DNA of 63,309 nt, filler included, from Octopus bimaculoides (lineage: Eukaryota): the NCBI RefSeq assembly GCF_001194135.2. It is 6 parts of 6 records of this genome, joined end to end, with 100 filler letters (N's around TTAATTAATTAA, not from the genome) between each part and the next. Parts side by side here need not be neighbours in the genome. Positions count along the whole stretch, not along the records: positions 32,019 to 57,020 come from NC_069002.1; positions 57,121 to 59,713 come from NW_026359983.1; positions 59,814 to 62,151 come from NW_026301363.1; positions 62,252 to 63,309 come from NC_068988.1; 2 more parts are not named here. One strand, written 5' to 3'. The stretch's first letter is position 1; every line of letters starts with the position of its first letter. This document shows, in pieces, positions 51,752-63,309 of the stretch. The position numbers and the translations under genes were made by a program. The notes beneath the pieces were generated by a model that was not told where the DNA came from, searched no databases, and saw only the letters and a program-made list of their open reading frames with translations.

Positions 51752-54744
51752 TATATGTATTAATAGGAAGGACAACAAAAGAAAGAGAGGGACATTGATA
51801 TTATGTAAATAGAGGAATCTATCTGTAAAAATATGTGACACTTATATATGTATGTATGAATGCATGTATTATGTATGTATATTTTTCCTATTTCTAATTA
51901 ACTTTAACAGTCTGTATGTGTAAGTATTCATGTATTAAGTTTGCATACATATCTACGAGTATGCTTCTATGCATGAATTTATGCGTGCAATTATATATGT
52001 GAATGTAAATGCATGCATATTTGCTAATGCGTCGCTAGTTACTTGTATGTGGATATTTATTATTTTATTTTAACAACCAAGGGAAATAACCCATTCATTT
52101 TCCTGTATTATTTTGTATAAATCAAATTGAATATGCTCATTTCTTACTATTTGAACTGTTCGAGTTATTTTCGCAATTTATCCAGTACAACCCTTAAACA
52201 AGTAAATAGTATTTTCCTAAACAATAGTTGCACTTTTTTCGGTCAGTGACGTATTCACGAATATACCATCAATAGCACCCCTGAGGGTAATATTCTCAGG
52301 GAACGCACAAAAGCCCTTTTCATATGTAAATATGGTTTCACCTTTTGGAATAAGGTTATCAATTTTAAGTGGGTGAAGGGTAGCGGTGAAGTTGATTACA
52401 TCGATCCCTGTCTTCAACTGGTATTTATTTTATCCTTAAAGGATGAAGATAATTTCGAACTCGTCGGAGTTTGAAACTAGAACCTGAAGAGCTGGAGGAC
52501 GTGTAATCTCGTTAATGATTCTTTAAGCTTGCTGTCTTAAGGTGTATTTGGTTCGAAATATCACTTTAATTAGTGAACATAATTTGCAACTAATAGTGCA
52601 ACCGCCCTCTGAATGACCTTTCAAACATGATGTGAAATATTCTAAAACCGTTATGTGTTGAAGTTATCATCAAACCCACTCTTATTATTTGCTTGTACTT
52701 TTTCATATCTTTCTGTTTCCCATCTTATTTTCGATTAATTTCAGCTTAATATTCTTTAAACCTTCAAGCCTCAATTTTCTCTTCTGCTAATTATTCCTCT
52801 TCATAGTTATGATTGAACTCCTTTTATTATAAATATCCTTTCTGCACCATTTTTATAACTTAACCATCACTTCCTCTCATTTACTTGTACCCTGTCCTTT
52901 TCAAGTTATCAAAATTTCCATTTGTTTCATCTCTTATTTCATTTCATCATTTTACACCCGCAAGAAGGCCTCATAGTCCTTCCAGGCTATACTCTGCTTC
53001 AACTAATTCTTATAATTGCACTACAGAGATAAAAAAAAAGATTCTGTCACCATTTTTAATGAAATTTCTTTAAATCCTGACATTTATTTTTATTCATTTC
53101 AAATCTTCTTATCTTACAACTCATTCTTATAAAAATTCAAATTTCTCTATTCACATTTTTCATTACTTCTATTTTCCACCAGTCAATACCTACTAGCTTT
53201 TTGCCTCTGCTTCAAATCATTCATGCATATTGTTTTGTTATGTTCATTCACCTCACTTCATTATCTTCTTCAACATCATTCTCATTGTTTCGCATCTTAT
53301 CTCAAATCACTCCATTACGTTCTTTCGACTCTTTTTATTATCGTCTTCCCTTCACCTCATTCATTCTCGCATCATTTTCCTTCTATTAACTTCTTTCAAA
53401 TCGTTCTCTCATCTTTCTTCATTCTCTTGCCTTCCTTTATCCTATTCACTCATCAGTTTCTCGTCTTCTTTCACATCCTTCAATTATCTTCTTTCACCCC
53501 ATTCTTTCATCTTTCAAATCATTCTTTCGTATTCTTTCTCTTGATTCTATGACTTCTTTTCAACTCATTCTTTCGTCATTTTTCATCTCATTCACTCATT
53601 TTATTCCACCCCCTTTTATCTTCCTTCGCCGCACTCGATTATCTTCTTCCTACTCATTATAATCTCGTAGTCATTCACGTTCTTCTACTATTATTCTTCA
53701 TCTCATTCTTTCATTTTCTTTCGCCTCCTTCTTTTATCATCTTTCACATTTTTATTTCCTATTCATTCACGTTCTATTATTTTCCTTCACCTCATTCTCT
53801 TTCACCTGATTCGATTACTTTGTTTCAACTCATTCACCTGTCTTCTTTGATCCCACTCGCACGTTTTCTTTCACCTTTTCTCGCCTTCGTTCACTTTCTA
53901 TTATCGTCCTTCACCTCTTTCTCTCATCTTCTTCCACTTCATTCCCTAACCTTCTCGTAACTCCTCTTTATTTCTCCCCGATTCTTTTTCTATCCCCATA
54001 TCTTCCATCTCTGTTCAGATAGATCCGCCTTTAATCTCTTACATCCTTACGAGCCAAACCAAGACCGGTTGGTAATATGAGGTATCATTACAGTCATCAA
54101 CCTGCTTCATCTCCGGTGACCTTGGGCTCAGCAACAACAACAGTAAATAGACCTAGCAAGGAAGACTCGACTTGCCTCAATTAACAGCCAAACATCTCTT
54201 TAAAATCATCCTCGAATATTTTTCAAACTGACATGTCACATTATGCAATGCTAGCTAACCTGTGCATAGAAATAGAGTAGGGTGGTCATGGTTGGAATGC
54301 CTTTGATGAAGAGTCTGCGAAATAACATCAGACATGAATTTAAACGATAGCTACTTGTTGCTGTTGCTACTGCTGTTGTTGTTGTTGTTGTCGGTGTTGA
54401 TTTTTTTGCTACAGACGCTGTTTTTTTTATTGTTGCTGTTTTTGCTGCTCTAAACGCTACTTTTTACTGCTGTCGTTGCTGCTGCTGTCTTTCTCGGTGT
54501 CGTCGTCGTCGCTGTGGTGTTTGTCCTTGTGGCATTTGTTACCGTTCTTCACTTTAATTTCGTTGCTGTTGTTACTATTAAATTGCTTCTTGTTGCAGCA
54601 ATTGATGTAGGCTCTCATAATAGTAACTCTCTATCTCTCTCTCACTCACTCTCTATCTATCTATATATCTATCTACCTAACTATCTATCTATCCATCCAT
54701 CTATCTATCTATCTATCTATCTATCTGTCTATCTATCTATCTAA

Positions 54745-54791
<47 letters not shown>

Positions 54792-54967
54792 CCTATATCT
54801 CTCTTACGCCTTCCACCTCTCTTTCTCTCTCTGTTACTCCTCTCACCTCAATTTTTTCTTTATCTCTCATTCACTCCTCTATCGCTTCCTATTTCTCCTC
54901 ACTGTCATTTTTTTCTCTTTCTCTCTCTCCCCCCCACACACACAAACACACACACACACGTACGTAG

Positions 54968-54999
<32 letters not shown>

Positions 55000-55872
55000 T
55001 TTCGTTCTTCATTTACAAATCAATTATTTTTTGCCACAGAAAAAAAAATAATGATTTCCTCCAAAACGAAAAAAATATTTAATTTTAATATTTTTACACT
55101 AATTCACTGTTTGGCTGTTCTTCAGCTTTCTAAAACACACACATACACAAACAATGACACACTCACACACGCACATATGCGCACATACACATAATAATAC
55201 ACCTATATAGCCAGAAGCACACACAGATACACAAACACGTAATGGCACAATAATATACACACACAAACATACATACATACACATAATCACATTCATACCT
55301 AATCAAGTTCTCACGTATCCACATATATGATTATTCCGCAAATTGTAGACACACAATCAAGCATAAAATATCACACACAAACACGCACACACACACATAC
55401 AAACACGCACACACACGCACACACACACACATATATGTATATACGTATAGTCATACAAGCATGTATAGCTATATACATACTCAGCCACACATAGACTCCA
55501 ACACAGAAATACTTATTTATACACTCACTCATGCAAACGCACAAACACGCAATCAAATATGCAGACCCACTCTTACATAGACCTTTCAAATCAGACAACC
55601 ACACACATACATGCGTACGTACATTAATATATATATATATAGATACACTTATATACATATATATACATATATATATATATATNNNNNNNNNNNNNNNNNN
55701 NNNNNNNNNNNNNNNNNNNNNNNNNNNNNNNNNNNNNNNNNNNNNNNNNNNNNNNNNNNNNNNNNNNNNNNNNNNNNNNNNNNNNNNNNNNNNNNNNNNN
55801 NNNNNNNNNNNNNNNNNNNNNNNNNNNNNNNNNNNNNNNNNNNNNNNNNNNNNNNNNNNNNNNNNNNNNNNN

Positions 55873-55880
55873 ACACACAC

Positions 55881-55911
<31 letters not shown>

Positions 55912-56262
55912 CATATATATCATAAATATATAGGGATTGACAGTAACCTGATTCTCCAACATACTGAGAATTCAGAAATAGCAGTCAAAGAACTACTGAT
56001 TTCAAAACTATTTAGCTGAAGATCAGAATAGAGTATTCTTTACTCTTAACTGTGAAACGATCGTACTAAATTAACTAAAGGCAGATGGTTTTTTTACTCT
56101 TCTCTACTGTTTTTTGTTCTGTGTGTATCAAAAATATCGCTATCAATCTAGAGTAATAATTTGTAGTTTTGAAATCAGTAGTTCTTTGACTGCTATTTCT
56201 GAATTCTCAGTATGTTGGAGAATCAGGTTACTGTCAATCCCTATATATTTATGATATATATG

Positions 56263-56293
<31 letters not shown>

Positions 56294-56301
56294 GTGTGTG
56301 T
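55873..56301. repeat. Perfect inverted repeat, arms about 138 nt (55873-56010 and 56164-56301), spacer about 153 nt
   Basis: tatagggattgacagtaacctgattctccaacatactgagaattcagaaatagcagtcaaagaactactgatttcaaaacta is exactly mirrored, as is the adjacent (TA)/(CA) microsatellite pattern. Confidence 0.9.
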
Positions 56302-56344
56302 ATGTGTAGATTATGATATATATATATATATGTATATATGTGTA

Positions 56345-56411
<67 letters not shown>

Positions 56412-57020
56412 ATATATGTATCTATATACACATACAAAAACACCTATATATATTGTAAGATTTAATGTGTTTAAAAATACATGTGCACATTCACACATAT
56501 ATACATGCATACTATATGTGTGTGTGTGTATGTGTGTGTGTGTATATATGTGTGTGTGTGTGTGTGTGTGTGCATATATATGTGTGCGTGTGTTTCTTTA
56601 TGCCTCTTCCTGTCCCTCACCGTCGTTTGGTATGGCTGTGTTTTCGTCCCCGCAATCTAGCGGTTCGGCAATAATTACCAAAAGAATTAGGACAAGGCTT
56701 GAAAAGATGTGTATGGAAATACTGAGGCGATTCGTTCGACTTGTATCCTGGGTAAGACACAAAACTGCAACTAGTGGTGAAATTCCAGTTCGGGAGGACA
56801 GGAGTTATGGGCAGCGTGGAGACACCCCTTAGTTGCCATTTCTCCCAGGTCCGCTCTGGCCCGGAGTGGCAGCACCTGTTAGGGCCCCACCAATGGGTAA
56901 AAATTGGATCCTCCTCTGCTGCCTGGTGGTGGTGGTATTAGTGGCGATGGTGTTGATAACAAGGTGGTGGTGTTCGTCGTGGTGGTGGTGGTGGTAATGG
57001 TGGTGGTGACGGTGGTGGTG

Positions 57021-57120
57021 NNNNNNNNNNNNNNNNNNNNNNNNNNNNNNNNNNNNNNNNNNNNTTAATTAATTAANNNNNNNNNNNNNNNNNNNNNNNN
57101 NNNNNNNNNNNNNNNNNNNN
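57021..57120. other. Artificial scaffold linker
   Basis: TTAATTAATTAA at 57065-57076 between N runs. Confidence 0.95.
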
Positions 57121-57523
57121 CCTCCGCCCCACCTGTTGAAGAGCAGGACCCATCACAACTTGGAATACTAACTAAGTTAGATGAGAGGTTAAGTGGGCAT
57201 CATCATTATGCTCGACAGCTACACTACCATAATAAATAATATATTAACAAATGCTAAATAAATCTCACAAAACAATATAAAAAAAACCTGCTCAATAAGA
57301 CTACTGTTTCATGGCAGTTATTCAAATCATGTTTTCATGTTTTTGTTGTCATAGACTGATTTTGTGAATTATTGTCAATGATTATTATTAATGTTTTTTT
57401 TTTTTGTTTTGTTTTTTTAATGCATTTAACATCAAGACACTCTGAAACAGGTTGAAAGTTAATGAAGCTGGAGATCAAATATAAACCAGACGATAAATAT
57501 AAAAACAAAAGAAATCTACTCAC

Positions 57524-57661
57524 CTCTGCTAGTAAAGTGAAGTGTGCCCTTTTTACCAATGCTATAGCTAATAGATCATATACAGTGCCAACATTCTTGA
57601 AGGTCAGTTGTCGGAATTCAGAATGTTCTGGAGAACGATTAAGAACCACATTGCTGGTGGC
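57524..57661 (-). CDS. TTC7: Internal coding exon of tetratricopeptide repeat protein 7 (TTC7A/B orthologue, PI4KA complex scaffold)
   Basis: On the minus strand, acceptor ttgcAG precedes 57661 and donor GTGAGT follows 57524; 138 nt, phase 0-0. It encodes ATSNVVLNRSPEHSEFRQLTFKNVGTVYDLLAIALVKRAHFTLLAE, which aligns without gaps to the TTC7 segment recalled as [46 protein letters not shown]. No neighbouring exons were found. Confidence 0.9.
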
Positions 57662-59713
57662 CTGCAATTAATAACAGTGTTAATTAACAATCACACACAT
57701 TGTTTTACTTGTAAATCAGAACAACTGCAAGAAAAATTTTATTTTAATTAATTACCTCATTCTAAAGCTGGAGCTATATAATTTATTCTCATCTCATGTC
57801 TAAACATGATATTGCTCAATGTCTTTTAATACCCCTTTCACAATTATCTCTCATCATCTCGAGTCCAAGAAAGACTTCTGCAATTTCTTGTTGAACGACC
57901 CGCACAGATGTTTATAACACTCAAATGTATGTGCTGCACATTAGCTCTCCTCCTCCATAAAGTCGACATTGCCTGTACAGGTACACGGTGTGCCACACGT
58001 CTGATGTTTAAGTGATTGCAGAGCAGTGTGAAATGAAATTTTTTTTCTCAACAACACAATGCACCACTCTGTCCAAGAATCAAACCCATAATCTCACAAC
58101 TGGGAGTGCAACACCCTAACCACTAGGCCATGCACCCTCACTTAACAGATACTAGTGACATCATATTCCTAGTACTCTATTAATAATTTTGTGGAAAGTT
58201 AAAACAACTTTTTATGTTATATTTTTATTATTGTGTTTTTCTTTATTTTTAATTCCGCATTCCAAGAATTCAAACAACAACAACAACAACAACATGTGTT
58301 AGTTTCAGTCTATTAGCGTCGAGGAAGTAGTAATGCTCAATATCATAAATTGAATATATAACAAAGGTGTAGACACTGTGATAGAGACACAAGATGTGCA
58401 GTCTAACATTTTAAGAGCAATAGGTGCACAAATACAGCAGGTAGGTGATTAACCTAAAGGCCAAAGACTGGTGTTAACGGCTGATTTAAAAATAGTAGAA
58501 AAGATGTATAATGTATAGGATTTTTTAAAACTATGAAAATTTAATGTTAAGAAATGAGTGTTATAATTATTTCTTTACGGGCAGATTTTCAATTATTCTG
58601 AGCCTAAATATGCAAAAAACAACTTAGCATATAAAAATTGAGAGGTGTGGGGTGTATTTATATAGATGTATAGATATCTATTATTTATTTATACACCTAT
58701 ATATATATATATATATNNNNNNNNNNNNNNNNNNNNNNNNNNNNNNNNNNNNNNNNNNNNNNNNNNNNNNNNNNNNNNNNNNNNNNNNNNNNNNNNNNNN
58801 NNNNNNNNNNNNNNNNNNNNNNNNNNNNNNNNNNNNNNNNNNNNNNNNNNNNNNNNNNNNNNNNNNNNNNNNNNNNNNNNNNNNNNNNNNNNNNNNNNNN
58901 NNNNNNNNNNNNNNNNNNNNNNNNNNNNNNNNNNNNNNNNNNNNNNNNNNNNNNNNNNNNNNNNNNNNNNNNNNNNNNNNNNNNNNNNNNNNNNNNNNNN
59001 NNNNNNNNNNNNNNNNNNNNNNNNNNNNNNNNNNNNNNNNNNNNNNNNNNNNNNNNNNNNNNNNNNNNNNNNNNNNNNNNNNNNNNNNNNNNNNNNNNNN
59101 NNNNNNNNNNNNNNNNNNNNNNNNNNNNNNNNNNNNNNNNNNNNNNGTGTGGTGGGGTGCATGTGTATTTGTATGTTTGTTTACATGAGAGATTCCTTAC
59201 TTGAAAAACAGGCCAGTGACAGCAAAGGCATTTGGCTGTAAAACAATGCCTCGTGAATATGTTTGCCATGTCAGCATAGAAAAGCAGATGTAAAAATGAA
59301 GGAAAAAACATACACACAAATATTTCTTTTATCTTTCATCTTTTCATCTTTCACTCATTTCAGTCATTGAACTACAACCATGCTGGGACACAGCCTTGAA
59401 GGGATTTGGTGAAAGGAATCAACAAGAACTTCGTTTTTTTTATTTTTTTTATTTTAGCCTGGAATTTATTCTATTAGTCTTTTTTGTTGAACTGCTAAGT
59501 TATGGGAACATAAATAAACTAACATTGGTTGTCGGACAGTGGTGGATTGATGATCACAAAGACACACACACACATGGATATATACACACATGCACACACG
59601 CACACGCACACATACACACACACACACACACATATATATAAGAGATCAAAGTGTACGTACGCAGCTATATATATGGGAGAATATACAAAAAATAACAACA
59701 GACGAGGACAGGT

Positions 59714-59813
59714 NNNNNNNNNNNNNNNNNNNNNNNNNNNNNNNNNNNNNNNNNNNNTTAATTAATTAANNNNNNNNNNNNNNNNNNNNNNNNNNNNNNN
59801 NNNNNNNNNNNNN
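59714..59813. other. Artificial scaffold linker
   Basis: TTAATTAATTAA at 59758-59769 between N runs. Confidence 0.95.
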
Positions 59814-61556
59814 AATAATTCACCTCTGGAAACATGGGTGTTTCATTCAACATCCTTAAAGAACTCTTTTTCAGGGACCTTTTGAGCAGGATGGGCTACA
59901 CAACCTGAAGAAAATTCTAACCGGGCCCCACCTGCAAGGTCATGCACTTTTCATCTTGATATGAGATCACCATGTCACGTACATATGGTTGTGATGCATG
60001 TATCTGGTGTACCCATATCAGACAGATAGTGACTCTTGTGAATTTTCCAAAAATTGTCCCCCTATCATCAGAAAAATATTTTCAACTCAAATTCTGATAC
60101 AATCAGAAAGTACACTTGAAAGTCCATCTGAAGCATATTTGCAGGAAATTTCATTCAAAATTATCCATTTTTCTGGAAGTTATCAGGAAACAAAGTTGAG
60201 TGGGGTGCATATGTGGAGGTTTGCCCAATGAATAATGAGGTAGATTTATTGAACTAAAAACCCTTTGAGGCAGGGCCCCAGAATAGCAGCCATCCAATGA
60301 ATGGATACAAATAAAGGGTGCATACATGTGTGTGTGTCTATGTGTGTGACTGTCTGTGTGTGTGTGTGTGTGTGTGCATGCATCTGTGTGTATGACTGTG
60401 TGTACATCTGCATGTGTGTGTGTGTTCTGTGTTTGTGACTGTGTGTGTTTATGTGTGTGTGTCTGTGTTCTGTGTCTGTGACTATATGTGTGTTTCTGTG
60501 TGTGTGTGTGTCCGTGTGCATGCATCTGTGTGTATGTAACTGTGTGTACATCTGCATGTGTGTGTGTGTGTGTGTGTGTGTGTCTATATGTGTGTGTGTT
60601 TATGTATGTGTGTGTGTGTGTGTGCATGCCGCTGCGTATGACTGTACCTCTTTTATTATATATTTATATATATATATCCAAAGTTTTAAATTTAAATTTA
60701 AGAGAGAGGTTTGATGCTAATATCCATTATTATTGTAATTTATTCCTATGTCAACATTTCTGTGTAAAGCTATATTTGACCGTCANNNNNNNNNNNNNNN
60801 NNNNNNNNNNNNNNNNNNNNNNNNNNNNNNNNNNNNNNNNNNNNNNNNNNNNNNNNNNNNNNNNNNNNNNNNNNNNNNNNNNNNNNNNNNNNNNNNNNNN
60901 NNNNNNNNNNNNNNNNNNNNNNNNNNNNNNNNNNNNNNNNNNNNNNNNNNNNNNNNNNNNNNNNNNNNNNNNNNNNNNNNNNNNNNNNNNNNNNNNNNNN
61001 NNNNNNNNNNNNNNNNNNNNNNNNNNNNNNNNNNNNNNNNNNNNNNNNNNNNNNNNNNNNNNNNNNNNNNNNNNNNNNNNNNNNNNNNNNNNNNNNNNNN
61101 NNNNNNNNNNNNNNNNNNNNNNNNNNNNNNNNNNNNNNNNNNNNNNNNNNNNNNNNNNNNNNNNNNNNNNNNNNNNNNNNNNNNNNNNNNNNNNNNNNNN
61201 NNNNNNNNNNNNNNNNNNNNNNNNNNNNNNNNNNNNNNNNNNNNNNNNNNNNNNNNNNNNNNNNNNNNNNNNNNNNNNNNNNNNNNNNNNNNNNNNNNNN
61301 NNNNNNNNNNNNNNNNNNNNNNNNNNNNNNNNNNNNNNNNNNNNNNNNNNNAGGGAAAATAACCAAGTTTCAAGAACTCATCGATGAAAATCCACTATCA
61401 CATATAGAAAAATTAATAATTAAAAGCACAATAAATGAGTGTAATATAAAACAAAGTAAATATCATAAGATAATGATAAATAAAATGACTACACGTGTTT
61501 CATAACTAAATTTCATCTATAGTTTTGTTGAACCGTTTACTGTGTTCTTGTGCCAG

Positions 61557-61709
61557 TTATTTCTCCAAGATTGTGAAAATCAGTGGCCAGCAGGATCTCA
61601 TTGACAAATACGGGGACATCTATACCTACAACAACACCCCCAGGGCCAAGATAATGAGACGGGACCATATCAAGGTGAAGGACATGAAGACAATGATCAA
61701 ATTGATGAG
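61557..61709 (+). CDS. PLBD2: Internal coding exon of a phospholipase B-like protein (PLBD2-type lysosomal Ntn-hydrolase)
   Basis: Acceptor tcttgtgccAG at 61555-56 and donor GTAAGA at 61710; 153 nt, phase 2-2. It encodes YFSKIVKISGQQDLIDKYGDIYTYNNTPRAKIMRRDHIKVKDMKTMIKLMR, matching the family motif SG...YGD..Y..PRA.IFRR....V.DM..M..LMR(YN). The YGD motif favours PLBD2 over PLBD1. Confidence 0.88.
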
Positions 61710-62151
61710 GTAAGATATACATGCGCCTTTTATTTTCTACTTGTTTCAGTCATTAGACTGTGGCCATGCTGGGGCACCACCTTGAAGAATCTTTAGTTGA
61801 ATGAGTCAACCCTAGCCTGGGATTTATTCTATCAGTATCACTTGCCAAACTGCTAGGTTACAGGGACGTAAACACACCAACACTAGTTGTCAAGCAGTGG
61901 TGGGACACAAACACGCACACACATATAAAACAGGTTTCTTTTCAGTTTCCGTCAACCAGATCCACTCACATGGGTTTGGTCAGCCCAAGGCTGTAGCAGG
62001 AGGCACTTTGGAAGCAAAATTCTTCACACAGTGACACCTGTGCCTTCACGTGGAGCACAAAAATAGAAATAAAGGAAAAATACATATACATCATCATCAT
62101 TGTTTAACGTCCGCTTTCCGTGCTGGCATGGGTTGGACGGTTTGACTGAGG

Positions 62152-62251
62152 NNNNNNNNNNNNNNNNNNNNNNNNNNNNNNNNNNNNNNNNNNNNTTAAT
62201 TAATTAANNNNNNNNNNNNNNNNNNNNNNNNNNNNNNNNNNNNNNNNNNNN
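62152..62251. other. Artificial scaffold linker
   Basis: TTAATTAATTAA at 62196-62207 between N runs. Confidence 0.95.
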
Positions 62252-63309
62252 CATTCGTCGGAAAGACGGAAAGTTCAAAGAATGGAAAAACGGAGGAAGA
62301 GAAAAATGGCACCGATGCCCCCGAGGTTACATTGTGGAAGGACCGGAAGAGGAGGTGGTGGAGGAAAAGTTCTTTCTATATATACATGCGCGCGCTCGCG
62401 TATGTCTTTGAGTCTGCGTTTGTACCACGAGCGCTACCACTAGACAACCGGTGTTGGTGTCTTTTCATGTCCGTAAATTAGCGGTTCGGCAAAAAAAAAA
62501 TAAAAACAACCATAGAATAGGTAGCGGCCTTAAAAACTAAGTACAAGGATCTATTCGTTCGACTAAAATCCTTGAAGGCGGTACTCCAGCATGGTTGCAG
62601 TCTAATGACTGAAACAAGTGAAAGATCAAAGATAGCACTTTACGAGTTTTAAACATATATATATATATTATCGAGCTGGGATGGCAGGATAAGTTAAACT
62701 TGTGTGGGATTTGAACTGAGACGAACAAAGAACCGGAACAAGTACTACAAGGCACTTTGTTCAATGCTCTAATGATTTTGCTAATCCATAGCTAAACCTA
62801 GCAACAACTCAACTAATCCTAATCTCAAGCTGCTATCAAAATAGCATTTACCGTGTTATCCTCTTTTGGTTTCTGTAAAACTAATTACATTTTTTTTATT
62901 GCTTCCCGTCGTTAGTAAAGAGAGCAAGTGCCAATATTCCACAACAAGCATCACCATCACCAATAACAACACCAAAAACAACAACAGCAACAGAACCATC
63001 AACAGCATTATTACCACCACCACCACCGCCAACAACAACAACAACAACAACAACAACACTATCCACGTGATCACTACTACTACTTCAACTACCATTGGAA
63101 CGAATCTATCCAATATATCATCTAGAGTGCTTTTATTCTCGTTAGATTTATACACGTAGTTGTTATTATAGCTATTACACCACTGATATATTTCCACAAT
63201 ACCGATAATCTTTTTTGCAGATCGATGGAAAAAAAAAAGTATTCAAAACAAATAAGAAATAATAATTTTATTTATTTACTTATTTTTTCGTTTTTTTTTT
63301 ACGTTTCGT

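Noticed and set aside
59998-60231. 77-aa ORF upstream of the PLBD2 exon as a further PLBD exon
   Set aside because: Lacks the expected YNNQW...LEQIPG...YWASYNIP motifs.

Overview
Gap-rich, microsatellite-saturated animal genomic DNA. The SINE and repeat content points to an octopus (inferred, not verified). Five artificial 100-nt linkers (44 N + TTAATTAATTAA + 44 N) split the window into six pieces whose adjacency is not supported by sequence. Almost all ORFs in the supplied track are microsatellite or N read-throughs. Only two host exons are well supported, each on its own small piece: a TTC7 exon (minus, 57524-57661) and a phospholipase B-like (PLBD2-type) exon (plus, 61557-61709). The rest is repeats: many tRNA-headed SINEs, a decayed RTE LINE, CR1-like and R4/Dong-like LINE fragments, and a decayed hAT element with a BED-finger transposase. 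The main signal not covered by the ORF track is a set of minimal type I hammerhead ribozyme (HHR) motifs from at least three repeat families. Most have the short palindromic stem III typical of Penelope-like-element/retrozyme HHRs that cleave as dimers. They include a same-strand tandem pair 295 nt apart (4799-4844, 5094-5139) and a copy behind a tRNA-derived Pol III head (11972-12250). All structures were folded by eye; no search or folding program was run.
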